DNA from: an uncultured Flavobacteriaceae bacterium
Lineage (GTDB): Bacteria; Pseudomonadota; Alphaproteobacteria; Micropepsales; Micropepsaceae
Reading direction: 5' to 3'
Assembly (NCBI GenBank): GCA_964493795.1
Contig: CAZBPO010000002.1
Span: 1,014-44,063 of the forward strand
Length of the DNA: 43,050 nucleotides
Part shown: piece by piece, positions 26,712-35,714 of the stretch
Layout: every line of letters starts with the position of its first letter
How positions within the stretch are numbered: the first letter of the stretch is position 1
Program-made: the position numbers and the translations under genes
The notes under the pieces: generated by a model
The model's database searches: none
What the model saw: only the letters and a program-made list of their open reading frames with translations
Told to the model about the DNA's origin: nothing

Positions 26712-27634
26712 CACGGCCTCGGGCGAAGAAGCAGCTGGACCACGGCCCAGGTGATCGCCGCTGGGGCCGGAGACGCGAGAACGACCATCTGGACGACGTC
26801 GTCCGGCTCCAGATCGAGCGTCCACCCGGTCAGGACGGTGTCTTTGACCTTGTAGGCTGACGACAGGGTCAGCGGGGCGCTCGCGCTGATCTTATCGCCC
26901 GTCACCGGATGCACGCCGGGTTGATAGGCCGCCTGTGTGGTCCTGCGGACTTCGATTGCCAGCGTTCCCGGCTGGTCGGCCAGGATGACGCCGGCGGTGA
27001 TCCGGCATTTGATGGGGACATGCAGGGTGATTTCCTGCCCGGCGGCGAGTGGCGATCCGCCGTTCACGAATTTCCAGCCCAGCGCCCGGCGATCTCCCCA
27101 CCATGCGGTGTGGTGATCGGTCCCGCTGGCCTTGACCGGCAGATCGCCCGCGACGCCGCCGGTCTGAAGCCCCGGACCGGTCGAACCGATCGCGCCTGTT
27201 GCGCCGGCCGCACCGGCTGGCCCCGTTGCTCCAGCCGGACCTGTCGCCCCTGCCGGGCCGGCGACGCCAGCCGGTCCCTGCGCGCCGGCCGGTCCAGGCG
27301 GCCCGGCCGCCACGATGACGCGCGACGTTGCGGGAACGCCGGACGCGATGTCGATGATGCAGTCCTGGATCGGATTGGCGACGACGGCGTTGATCGCCCC
27401 CGTTGCGACGACTCGGAAGCTCTTTCCGGCGCTCGTCGCGGGAAAGACCAGCACCTCTGCGGTCTGCACGGTCTCGCCGATCTCGAACGTCAAACGTCCG
27501 CTGGCCCGCTCGAAATCGACGCCGCCGAACGCCGTGACGTCGACCGTGCGCCAGTCGATCTCGACGCGTTCCGTCGCCGGTTCGTCGAGCGCGAAGGTGA
27601 AGGTGGCGAAGGCCGATCCGATCGGGGCCGTCAT
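26711..27634 (-). CDS. Calx-beta-like plus collagen-like fibre protein
   Basis: WRTVDVTAFGGVDFERASGRLTFEIGET (Calx-beta-like); about 15 consecutive Gly-X-Y triplets; C-terminal globular domain. Confidence 0.8.
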   Translation of the reverse strand: MTAPIGSAFATFTFALDEPATERVEIDWRTVDVTAFGGVDFERASGRLTFEIGETVQTAEVLVFPATSAGKSFRVVATGAINAVVANPIQDCIIDIASGVPATSRVIVAAGPPGPAGAQGPAGVAGPAGATGPAGATGPAGAAGATGAIGSTGPGLQTGGVAGDLPVKASGTDHHTAWWGDRRALGWKFVNGGSPLAAGQEITLHVPIKCRITAGVILADQPGTLAIEVRRTTQAAYQPGVHPVTGDKISASAPLTLSSAYKVKDTVLTGWTLDLEPDDVVQMVVLASPAPAAITWAVVQLLLRPRP

Positions 27635-27644
27635 GGCGCCCTCC

Positions 27645-28364
27645 TCAACTCGTCGTGGTGATCAGGGGGAGCGAAGCGTTCTCGTCGCCGCTGACCGTCA
27701 ATGCGCCGCCCTGGCGGCCGCTAACCCTCGGCTTGGCGACGACATTGATCGTGCAGCTCGCGCCCGCGCCCAGCGAGGCCGGGCAATCATGGCTGACCTC
27801 GTAATAGGCGCTCACCGCGATGTCCGAGATCGCCAGCGCATCCGGCCCGTTATTCGTCAGCGCGACCGACTGGGCCGGAGACGTGCCGTTCACGGCGACG
27901 CCGGTGAACATAAGGAACGCCTTATCCGTAGTCAGGACGGTTGGCGGCGCGCGCTCTGGCACCGCAACGCCGGCCGTGGTGATCCCCAGCCCGACCAGAT
28001 CGGCCGCCCCGATGGCGATGACGTCGAAGCGGGCGGATCGCGTCTCTCCCGCGGAGGTCGAGACGCCGACGTGCAGCGTATAGCGGGCGCGGTCGACGCC
28101 GCCGACGCACCAGACCAGAACGCGCTGTCCGGCGAAGTCGACGCGCTCGATGACCAGGGCAGACCCGCCCTGCTCCACCTGCGCCGTCGCCGCCGCTATG
28201 GCCTCGCCGCGCTCCAGCAGCGGGCCGAAATCGACAGTGAAGTCCTGCTTGTATGCCGCCGGCTTGCGGAACACCGGACGCGGCAGCCCGCCGGTGCGGA
28301 GCAGGCGCAGGCTGCGATGCGGAATTTCATGCGCCGCGACGAGCTTGCCTGCGACATCAGACAT
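27645..28364 (-). CDS. Fibre-adaptor-like protein with C-terminal ASH/choice-of-anchor-D Ig-like domain
   Basis: KPAAYKQDFTVDF..WCVGG N-terminal domain; SPAQSVALTNNGPDALAI..CPASLGAGASCTINV C-terminal domain. Confidence 0.65.
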   Translation of the reverse strand: MSDVAGKLVAAHEIPHRSLRLLRTGGLPRPVFRKPAAYKQDFTVDFGPLLERGEAIAAATAQVEQGGSALVIERVDFAGQRVLVWCVGGVDRARYTLHVGVSTSAGETRSARFDVIAIGAADLVGLGITTAGVAVPERAPPTVLTTDKAFLMFTGVAVNGTSPAQSVALTNNGPDALAISDIAVSAYYEVSHDCPASLGAGASCTINVVAKPRVSGRQGGALTVSGDENASLPLITTTS

Positions 28365-28956
28365 CGCGGAACCTCATCCGCGTCGGCGCGCGCTGCTGGC
28401 CGCGCTGACTGGCGCGGAAATTCCGGTCTGCCTCGCGCTCGAAAGTGGCTTGATAGATCGCCGCGAATTGCGGGTTCGACCATTCCTTGCCCGGCATCGC
28501 GAGCAGGCGGGCCGTCGCGCCGGAGGCGATGGCCTCGACGTGCTGGTCGAACAGAAAGTCAGGCAGACATGTCGCGCCGGGGGCGGGCATCAGGAAGTAG
28601 GACAGCCTGAACGTACCGCCCTGGTTGGCGCGGAGGAGCAGCGAGTTCGGCTGCTGCATCGTCACGACGAAGGGGCCAGGTTCCTCACCCGGCGGCCGCG
28701 CGGCGTATTCCGACGGCGCAAGATGGCGGTTGTCGAACCAGACCGCCTCCACTTCGAAGACCGCGCTTTCGCCGGCAACGCCCAGGGCTTCCTGCACCGC
28801 CTCGCCGGTGACATCGAAACTGCTGGTTTCCCGCCACATCCGCGTCCGGCGGCAGAAGTCGCGTGCCGCCAGGACGATCTGCTGTTCGACCAGCAGATCC
28901 GGGGCGCCGGGGACATGCGTTCGGACGAACGGGAAAAAGTCCTCGGCCTCCCTCAT
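28357..28956 (-). CDS. Phage head-tail adaptor / tail tubular protein A-like
   Basis: Start MREAEDFFPFV (ATGA overlap); AARDFCRRT..LPDFLF..IASGA..MPGKEW pattern. Confidence 0.7.
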   Translation of the reverse strand: MREAEDFFPFVRTHVPGAPDLLVEQQIVLAARDFCRRTRMWRETSSFDVTGEAVQEALGVAGESAVFEVEAVWFDNRHLAPSEYAARPPGEEPGPFVVTMQQPNSLLLRANQGGTFRLSYFLMPAPGATCLPDFLFDQHVEAIASGATARLLAMPGKEWSNPQFAAIYQATFEREADRNFRASQRGQQRAPTRMRFRDV

Positions 28957-29657
28957 GACGCCGACTCCTTCCGATTGGGATTGGCGGACCATTCACGCTG
29001 CAGTTTGAGGCCGATCGACGCCGCAAATTGCTGGAAATGCGCGGCGGCGCGGGCGGCAAGCCCGGCGATCTGGGCGTCCTTGGTGTAGGCGCGATAGACG
29101 ACGTAATCGACCAGCGCAGACAGGTAGATGTCAGGCGCGTCGAGCGTGGCCGCATAGCTCTCGATCAGTTCGACGTCGTCCTGCGGCGGCACCAATCGGG
29201 CGGGCGTCTTCGCCAGGACCAGCTCGAGAAGCCCGGCTCCCGTGTTCGCCGGGAAGACATAGAAATCCTGCGGCGCATTGGCGTCGAAGACGACGTGACG
29301 GACATCCCTCGTTGCAGGGTGCCGGTCGGTGTCGTGCCAGTCGCGATGCATCGCGTCGAGGTCTTCGCGATCGACGGCGGTCACCGCGCGTCCGCCGACA
29401 CGGGGGGACTCGGCCCCGGTCTTGAGGTTTCGTACAGCCGACAGAAACTGGTGATAGCCGGCCGGGATGACCTGGTAGGTGCCGGGCTGGCAGGCGAAGA
29501 CGATGGTGCGGGCGAAGGCGCTCGGCTTGTGAAGCGCGATCTCCCGCTGGGCGTCATTCAGCCAGTCCAGGAGTTCAGGGAGCGGCCAGCGAACCGATGC
29601 TTCGTCGAGGGCGATCCGCCTGGCGCGCTCGAGAACGTCGCGAGCGGTGATCGCCAT
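28953..29657 (-). CDS. Phage adaptor protein (DUF6682-like)
   Basis: RWPLPELLDWLNDAQREI and LVDYVVYRAYTKD motifs. Confidence 0.8.
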   Translation of the reverse strand: MAITARDVLERARRIALDEASVRWPLPELLDWLNDAQREIALHKPSAFARTIVFACQPGTYQVIPAGYHQFLSAVRNLKTGAESPRVGGRAVTAVDREDLDAMHRDWHDTDRHPATRDVRHVVFDANAPQDFYVFPANTGAGLLELVLAKTPARLVPPQDDVELIESYAATLDAPDIYLSALVDYVVYRAYTKDAQIAGLAARAAAHFQQFAASIGLKLQREWSANPNRKESAS

Positions 29658-29660
29658 GCA

Positions 29661-30188
29661 CTACGTCGACGGGCCGGCCGCCGCCTCCTGATGCTTCTTC
29701 AGCTTGTCGAGGATGGTTTTGGTGTTCCAGTGCGCCGGCGGCGCGCCGCCGGTCGCTTCTGTATAGGCGGCGACCGCGTCCGCCTTGTTGACCCGGCCGT
29801 CGCCATTCACGTCGGGGGTCGAGGCGGGAGTCGGCGAGGACGGTCCGGGGTCGCTGCCCCCCTCGTCGCCCTCGCCTTCGCCACCGGCCCCCTCGCCGAT
29901 TTCGGATTCATCTGCGGGGATGATGCCGCCAGCCACAAGGTTCGCCTTCAGCGCCCGCAGTTCCTCGAGCTCCTTGGCGTCCTTCGCCGCCTGATCCTCG
30001 CGCAGTGCCGCGGCGGCGGGCTCCTCGCGGAAGCCCTCGCTGATCGACAGCAGGCGCTGAATGTGCGCCGGATCGGTCACCTCCGCGATGTGCGGCCCAT
30101 CCTCCCAATCAGGCTGAAAGTGATACGCCTCGGCGCCGAGCGTGATGCGCGTTCCGCCGGGGCGCTTGATGATGCTCTCGATCTTCAT
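29661..30188 (-). CDS. Hypothetical head-region protein with dockerin/EF-hand-like loop
   Basis: MKIESIIKRPGGT N-terminus; acidic linker; PDVNGDGRVNKADA. Confidence 0.75.
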   Translation of the reverse strand: MKIESIIKRPGGTRITLGAEAYHFQPDWEDGPHIAEVTDPAHIQRLLSISEGFREEPAAAALREDQAAKDAKELEELRALKANLVAGGIIPADESEIGEGAGGEGEGDEGGSDPGPSSPTPASTPDVNGDGRVNKADAVAAYTEATGGAPPAHWNTKTILDKLKKHQEAAAGPST

Positions 30189-30225
30189 TCCGATCTCCGG
30201 GTCTGAGGGGGGACCGTCTTCGGCC

Positions 30226-30675
30226 TCAGGACTGCTTCGCCGCGAAGACCGCGCACAGCGTGATCTTCTTCGAGGTCGCCGCCGTGATGTTGGCGCTCGG
30301 CACCAGGCCGATGCTGCGGTCGTGGCCGACGGCGGGCAGCTTCAGCGGCGCGCCGAGCGACATCCGCTGAACCGTAAGGGCGGTCAGATCGAGATTGTCG
30401 AAGATCAGATCGGCGGAGAGCGTCCGCGCCCCCACATCGCCGGGTGCCCCGCTGAGGAGACCGATGTCGGCGGTGCCGGTGAACGTGCCTTCGACGATGG
30501 CATAGGCGTCCACCAGCTCGGTGTGCGCCGGCCAGATCAGGAGGTCGAGGATGTCGCCGGTGGTCACCGCCTCCTGGAAGATGTGGGTGATCCGGTTCGG
30601 CGCGGCCACCCCGACCTGAAACACCGACGGCGCGGGATGAGTGAACCGGGTCTGATTGCTGAGCTTGATCGCCAT
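30226..30675 (-). CDS. Putative capsid decoration/cement protein
   Basis: 149-aa beta-rich ORF directly after the capsid gene, with an AGGAGG SD. Confidence 0.65.
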   Translation of the reverse strand: MAIKLSNQTRFTHPAPSVFQVGVAAPNRITHIFQEAVTTGDILDLLIWPAHTELVDAYAIVEGTFTGTADIGLLSGAPGDVGARTLSADLIFDNLDLTALTVQRMSLGAPLKLPAVGHDRSIGLVPSANITAATSKKITLCAVFAAKQS

Positions 30676-30684
30676 GGTAGCCTC

Positions 30685-31791
30685 CTAGGCCGGGTTCGGG
30701 TTCACGGCGTAGGTGTCGACCGCGAGAACGCCGTAGTCCTTGTTGTTGAAGCGGGTCTTCTTGATGCCCAGGATCATGCCGGCATAGACCATCGGCAGGG
30801 CCCCCGCGTCCTTGAGTTCCTCGACCCAGGTGAAATGGTGGCCGCCGGCGGTGCCGTAGGCGATCGCGGCCGCCTGCCGGCCGAGGAACAGCGCGCGCGC
30901 GGCCGGGACGTTTGCGCCGGCCCCGGCGTTGTCGAACCGGACCACAGACTCATGGCTGTGCAGGACGGCGTTGTTGATCATGCCGAGTCCGCCTTTGAAG
31001 ATCGGATTCTTCCGACCCTCGGCGGCGGCGGCGGCTTTCTGGATGTCGAGCCATCCGGCGGTATCGCTGGTGCGCAGGTGATAGGCCTGGAACTCCGACA
31101 TCACCATCACGTAGTGCACTTCGCCGTCGATGTTCACGCCCTGCATGTTGGCGTTCTGCGGGTTCAGGGTCCGCAGAGAGCGCGCCTTGGTGGCCGCGCG
31201 TTCGACGACGGCGCGGGTCATCGGATCGCCCGTCGTGATCGTGTTGAACGACGTCGCCGAGCCGCCATAGACGACGTGCGCGTTGTCGGGCGCCTGAATC
31301 GGGTTGGAGGCGTGGCCGGCGTAATCGAGGCCTTCGATGAAGTCCTCGTTCGATCCCCTGGCGCCGGAGAGGTAGATGAACTTCAGCTCGTCCAGATAGG
31401 CCGCCCAGTAGTCCGACAGCCGATCGCGGCCGATGCGCCGCAGGTCGAGCGCCGTGCGCTTGCGGGTCATGCGGCCGCCGCAATCGACGCCGTGCCTGAT
31501 CTGATCGATACGGACTTCGTCCGAGAAGAAGCGCAGCGCCTCTTCCGAGCCTTCGACGCGGTTGTCGCCGACCTTCGGGCGGCCGCGGAGCTGGACCGAC
31601 AGATCGAAGCTGATCACATCGCCCGCTTCGCTCTCCAGATCGGTCTTGCGCTGGATGACGACGTTCTCGCCGGTGCCTTCGAATTTTCGGGTGAAGTAGC
31701 CCTTATGCATCGTCTCCGTGTGGAGAAACGCCGACCACTTCTTCTGGGCTTTGGGATCCTGACCGAAGGTCTGGATGACGGTGCTGCTCAT
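30685..31791 (-). CDS. Major capsid protein, N4-gp56 family (DUF4043-like)
   Basis: GDVISFDL..L..GD..EG.EEAL, IDQIRHGV, NPIFKGGLG and ALFLGRQA motifs. Confidence 0.93.
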   Translation of the reverse strand: MSSTVIQTFGQDPKAQKKWSAFLHTETMHKGYFTRKFEGTGENVVIQRKTDLESEAGDVISFDLSVQLRGRPKVGDNRVEGSEEALRFFSDEVRIDQIRHGVDCGGRMTRKRTALDLRRIGRDRLSDYWAAYLDELKFIYLSGARGSNEDFIEGLDYAGHASNPIQAPDNAHVVYGGSATSFNTITTGDPMTRAVVERAATKARSLRTLNPQNANMQGVNIDGEVHYVMVMSEFQAYHLRTSDTAGWLDIQKAAAAAEGRKNPIFKGGLGMINNAVLHSHESVVRFDNAGAGANVPAARALFLGRQAAAIAYGTAGGHHFTWVEELKDAGALPMVYAGMILGIKKTRFNNKDYGVLAVDTYAVNPNPA

Positions 31792-31838
31792 GAAGCTGCC
31801 TCACGAGGGTTGTTGGACCCGCTGAGGCACTTCTGCGC
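31792..31838 (-). promoter_or_regulatory. Late leader element 3: GCGCAGAAGUGC overlapping a hairpin that buries the capsid SD
   Basis: Motif at 31838-31827; GAAGUGCCUCA pairs with UGAGGCA(G)CUUC directly before the AUG; TATAAC -10-like hexamer at 31862-31857. Confidence 0.6.
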
Positions 31839-31864
31839 CATCGCATTGATTTGCGCGTTATACG

Positions 31865-32056
31865 CTAATCGCGTTCCGCTTCCAAGAGCGTTGTGTCGGC
31901 CACGCCGCCGGCCACCGAATGTAGCTGCACCTTGCGACCTTCCGGCACGACGAATTTCAGCCGGGCGATCTGCCCCGACTTCTTTTCCAACTCCACGGTG
32001 ACGCCCTCGATCTCAAAGCGTGCACCGGGACGAATGTCGTGCCGAAAGGTCGACAT
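31865..32056 (-). CDS. Small CsrA/RsmA-fold-like protein (63 aa)
   Basis: FRHDIRPGARFEIEGVTVELEKKSGQIARLKFVVPEGRKV aligns by eye to the CsrA beta-strand pattern (RxxGE..I..VTV...GNQVRI...P...V). Confidence 0.55.
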   Translation of the reverse strand: MSTFRHDIRPGARFEIEGVTVELEKKSGQIARLKFVVPEGRKVQLHSVAGGVADTTLLEAERD

Positions 32057-32062
32057 CGCAGC

Positions 32063-33025
32063 TTACATCGCCTCGTAGGCGGCGCGGTCGGCCGCCGACA
32101 TCCCGGCGACGGCTGCGTCGAACGCCGGCCCCTTCAGACGCTCAAGCCAGGCGAAACGGCCATCGTCGGTTTCGGTGTGGGCGGCTGCGGGCAAGCGGCC
32201 CAGCGTCGGCGGAATGTCGGCGTCCTCCGCCGCGACGCGCTTGGCCGGCGGCTTCGCAGGCGCAGGCGCGGGCGGGCTCCGGCCCGTCGACTTCAGATAG
32301 ATGTCGTAGGCCTTGTCGAGAATCTGGCGGTCGTTGAGCCCGCGCACCTCTTCGGTGCCGTCGATCTGCCCGAAGGCCGCATCGATCGCCGCGCGCTGCA
32401 CGAGATTTTCCGGATCGAGATCGGGATGGTCGGCATAGAAACGCTGGACCGTCTGCTGCAGCGTCGCGACGGCGGCCTGCTGCTGCATCTCGGCGGCGAG
32501 GCGGGCCTTGCTGATTTCCTCGCGGAGATCGAGACGCTGGTCCTCCAGCTTGCGCAGCTCGGCGCGATAGGCCGGCCGCTCGATCTCGCCCTCGTCGAAC
32601 CTCTTCTCCAGCGCGTCGATGGCGTCGCCGATCTGGTCCATCTGAGCCTTGGCGTCGACCGGCATCGCCGCCACAAGCGGCGGCACGATTGCGGCGGCGC
32701 GCGTTTCGGCGCGCTCCGTCTTCACCTCGGCCTGGGGTTCGGGCTCGGCCGGCTGTTCTTCCTCGGCTGGTACCGCAGGCTCGGCGGCAGGCGTCGGTTC
32801 GTCCACCTTCTCGGCGGCCGCCCGCGCAGCCGCAGCATCCTCTTCCGGATCGCCGCGTTGCTCAGGCTGCTTCCCGCCATCGCGCTCGATCGCGCCGCCG
32901 GCGAAGTCCTCCTCGGCGTCCACCTCGGGCCCCAGCTTCAGGGACTCGATCTCGTCCGGCGTGAGGCCGATATCGGCGATCTCGTCATCGTCGGGGATGG
33001 CTGCATTCGCGGCGGTTTTGCTCAT
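32063..33025 (-). CDS. Capsid scaffolding protein (putative)
   Basis: Acidic, Pro/Ala-rich N-terminus; coiled coil; C-terminal PPTLGRLPAA; lies between portal and capsid. Confidence 0.75.
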   Translation of the reverse strand: MSKTAANAAIPDDDEIADIGLTPDEIESLKLGPEVDAEEDFAGGAIERDGGKQPEQRGDPEEDAAAARAAAEKVDEPTPAAEPAVPAEEEQPAEPEPQAEVKTERAETRAAAIVPPLVAAMPVDAKAQMDQIGDAIDALEKRFDEGEIERPAYRAELRKLEDQRLDLREEISKARLAAEMQQQAAVATLQQTVQRFYADHPDLDPENLVQRAAIDAAFGQIDGTEEVRGLNDRQILDKAYDIYLKSTGRSPPAPAPAKPPAKRVAAEDADIPPTLGRLPAAAHTETDDGRFAWLERLKGPAFDAAVAGMSAADRAAYEAM

Positions 33026-33028
33026 GGG

Positions 33029-35263
33029 TCAGGCTCCTTGGGGAAGGGGCGCAGCCGGAGGCTGCTGGGGATTGGTGGGGGGCGGCTGCGCGCCCTGCGG
33101 CTGAAAGCCGGCCTCGTCGAGCATGCTGTCCGCTGTCGCGCCGGCGCCGGGCATCATCTCTTCCGCCGCCAGGGCTTCGACCGCAGTGTTCAGCGCGGCC
33201 TCGATGGTCTCGACGTTCAGCTTGGCCAGCCCCGCCCGGTCGGCGAGCATCTGGCTCAGCGTGCGTTGGGCGCTCGCCTTCTTCTGCTCGGCGCTGGCCG
33301 CCTTGTCGGCGATCGTCGCCTGCTGCAGGGCGATGGCCATCTGCTCCTGCTGCGCCGCCTTCTCCTGCGCCGCGATCTGCTCCGGGGTCGGCTCGGTCTG
33401 TTCGGGGTCGGACATGCCCGAGAACTGGCGGATGCGCTTCACCAGCTCTTCCCGCTGGGTGATGTCCATTTCGTCGACGACGAGGTCCATCATCGCCAGA
33501 GGCGCGCGCGGGTCGACCTTGGCGATCTCGGCCAGCAGGCCCATCAGCTGTTCGACCTGGGCCTGGCGCACGCTGGCCCGCCATTCGGTCTCGGTGATCA
33601 CATAGTCGGCGCGTGTCCGCGCGATGTCGTTTTCCGGCAGGCCGTCATTGATCGTGACGTACTCGGGCACGCCGCGCATATTGGTGATGCGGAACTGCTT
33701 TTCCTCATGCATGTATTGCTCGACGACCGACAGGCGCTTCTCGCCATGGACCTGCCTGGCGAACGCGGCGTTGTCGAAAATCTCCGCTGTCGCCAGCGCG
33801 CCCTGCTCCTGACGCCGGCCGATGGCGATGCCAGACGTCGCGTTGGTCCTGCGCCCCAGATTTTCGTCAGTCACGCCGCCGACGGCCTGGATCATCTGCT
33901 GGTCCAGCGCCATCAGGTTCACATGCGCGTCGGCCAGGTTGCGGTCGACGTTCATCTCCAGATGCTTTCCGGCGCGCTTCACGATCACAGCGTCCGGCCG
34001 CGATGCCTCTTCGCGGTACTCGTCGATATCGTCGACGGCGCCCTCCTCCATGATGGTCTTGTTGGATGAGATGATGGCCAGCGCTTTGGCGGCCCGCTTG
34101 TTCAGGTCGAAATTGATGTCCCGCAGGCCGCGCACCATGCCGTAGGGCATGTTGGTGTCGTTGCGGCGGTAGCAGAACACCGGCGTCAGCGGGAACTTGT
34201 TGTGCCGGTATGGCGTCGGGCTGTGCCACAGCAGATCGCCCTCGGTCATGATGGCGACGTGCATCATCATCATCGAACGCCGCATGACGCGGGCCTCGTT
34301 GTTCGTGATGGCCTCTTCATGCTCGGGCAACGGCGTCTGCGGGTCGTATATCTCGCCGCGGAACTCGCCGCGCGTGATCCGCGTCGCCTCGACCGGATCG
34401 CGGAACCACACCTCGATCAGCCGCACCCGCTCCCGGCCGTATTCGTTCTGCGCGCCGCCGGAATACCCGCCCAGGCCAAGCTGTTCCTGCTCGTCCATCG
34501 GCCTGTCGGCCATATCGTTGTCGGCGCCGGCCTCGCCGATCGCCACGGCGGCGCGCTCCAGCTGGGCCTTCCGCGTCGGAAAGATCGAAATGGCGACGTC
34601 GAGATCGATCCATTTGGTGCGGATGACGTAGCGGGCATCGTCGATGTCGGGCAGGACGGCCGTGGAATCCCACAGCACGTTTTTCCAGCTCTCATGGCGG
34701 TCATAGATCGGCTCGCCGTCGTCGCCGACCTCGACGCCGCACTCCATCCAGCCCACGCCGCCCTTCACCGCCTCGCTGAACGCCAGCGAGTGCATGAACG
34801 ATGCCTTGTTCACATCGTCGAGATACTTCATCAGGGCGGTCTTCTGGCTCGCCCCCTGGCTCCGCTCCTTGCGGCGGGGCAGCACCTTGAAGTCCTTGCG
34901 CGACCGCCTCTCGGTCCCGATGACCCAGTTGATGGTGGTCGCGGTGATGTTGAACACCAGCGGCACCTGACCGCGCTCCTCGACCACGATCTTGTCGGCC
35001 TCATCCCACTGGTCGTGGTCATAGGCGCGGTGATCCTTGGCCATCAGCGCGCGGTTCGGGCGCTGGCGATCCAGCTCGCCGCGGTAATAGGTCATCATCC
35101 GCGCATGGATCTTGTGGCCGTCCGGACCGTCCAGATCGACGCCGTTCGGGTGGCTGCGGTTCGGCGCGCGAGGCGGCGCGACGGGCGCAGGGGCCGCAGG
35201 CGGAGGACCGTCATTTCCGCGACGGCGCTTGCCGAAGCCGGCCGGGCTCGCAAGGTCAGTCAT
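33029..35263 (-). CDS. Portal protein (P22/933W-like)
   Basis: YDHDQW..ERGQ.PLVFN, DARYVIR.KW.D, PYGMVRGLRD, SGIAIGRRQEQG; Gln-rich barrel. Confidence 0.92.
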   Translation of the reverse strand: MTDLASPAGFGKRRRGNDGPPPAAPAPVAPPRAPNRSHPNGVDLDGPDGHKIHARMMTYYRGELDRQRPNRALMAKDHRAYDHDQWDEADKIVVEERGQVPLVFNITATTINWVIGTERRSRKDFKVLPRRKERSQGASQKTALMKYLDDVNKASFMHSLAFSEAVKGGVGWMECGVEVGDDGEPIYDRHESWKNVLWDSTAVLPDIDDARYVIRTKWIDLDVAISIFPTRKAQLERAAVAIGEAGADNDMADRPMDEQEQLGLGGYSGGAQNEYGRERVRLIEVWFRDPVEATRITRGEFRGEIYDPQTPLPEHEEAITNNEARVMRRSMMMMHVAIMTEGDLLWHSPTPYRHNKFPLTPVFCYRRNDTNMPYGMVRGLRDINFDLNKRAAKALAIISSNKTIMEEGAVDDIDEYREEASRPDAVIVKRAGKHLEMNVDRNLADAHVNLMALDQQMIQAVGGVTDENLGRRTNATSGIAIGRRQEQGALATAEIFDNAAFARQVHGEKRLSVVEQYMHEEKQFRITNMRGVPEYVTINDGLPENDIARTRADYVITETEWRASVRQAQVEQLMGLLAEIAKVDPRAPLAMMDLVVDEMDITQREELVKRIRQFSGMSDPEQTEPTPEQIAAQEKAAQQEQMAIALQQATIADKAASAEQKKASAQRTLSQMLADRAGLAKLNVETIEAALNTAVEALAAEEMMPGAGATADSMLDEAGFQPQGAQPPPTNPQQPPAAPLPQGA

Positions 35264-35714
35264 AATCGACGATCTCCCTGTGCACCGTCGAGCCGTCGGC
35301 CCGGGTCAGGATGGCGTCGGCGACTGCCTGCCGCTGCAGCGGCGGGCGTGGGGGCATCATGAGGAGGTCCTGCAGGCTGTCCTGCACCACGGTCAGCAGT
35401 CGGAACATGGTCACTTTGTTGAACTCGGTCAGGCCGAGATTCCGCGCGAACTGGAACAGATAGTGGGCGGCGCTTCTGGGGTCGCCACGCTCGCCGAATA
35501 TCCAGGCATCGCGCAGGCGGATGGCGCAGAGATTGGTGCGCGAATTGTCGATCCTCCCGGACTGCCACGCCGGGTTCGAGAGGATCAGCGCCGGCTCCGG
35601 CGGGCGGCCCATCCATGTCCCGGTGACGCGGATGCCGCGCAGGTGGCGCTCGAAATGCGTGACCGAGAGGTCGACCATCGGCCGCTCGACGTCGATCAGA
35701 TCGAGGTCCGTCAT
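35256..35714 (-). CDS. Hypothetical phage protein (152 aa)
   Basis: Overlapping ORF between the TerL region and portal; DLLMMPP motif. Confidence 0.75.
   Translation of the reverse strand: MTDLDLIDVERPMVDLSVTHFERHLRGIRVTGTWMGRPPEPALILSNPAWQSGRIDNSRTNLCAIRLRDAWIFGERGDPRSAAHYLFQFARNLGLTEFNKVTMFRLLTVVQDSLQDLLMMPPRPPLQRQAVADAILTRADGSTVHREIVDYD

Noticed and set aside
30142..35362. Long plus-strand ORFs (619, 676 and 386 aa) and similar ones at 16353-18146, 27315-28610 and 29028-30206
   Set aside because: Antisense shadows of well-supported capsid, portal, tail and giant genes; expected in high-GC DNA.
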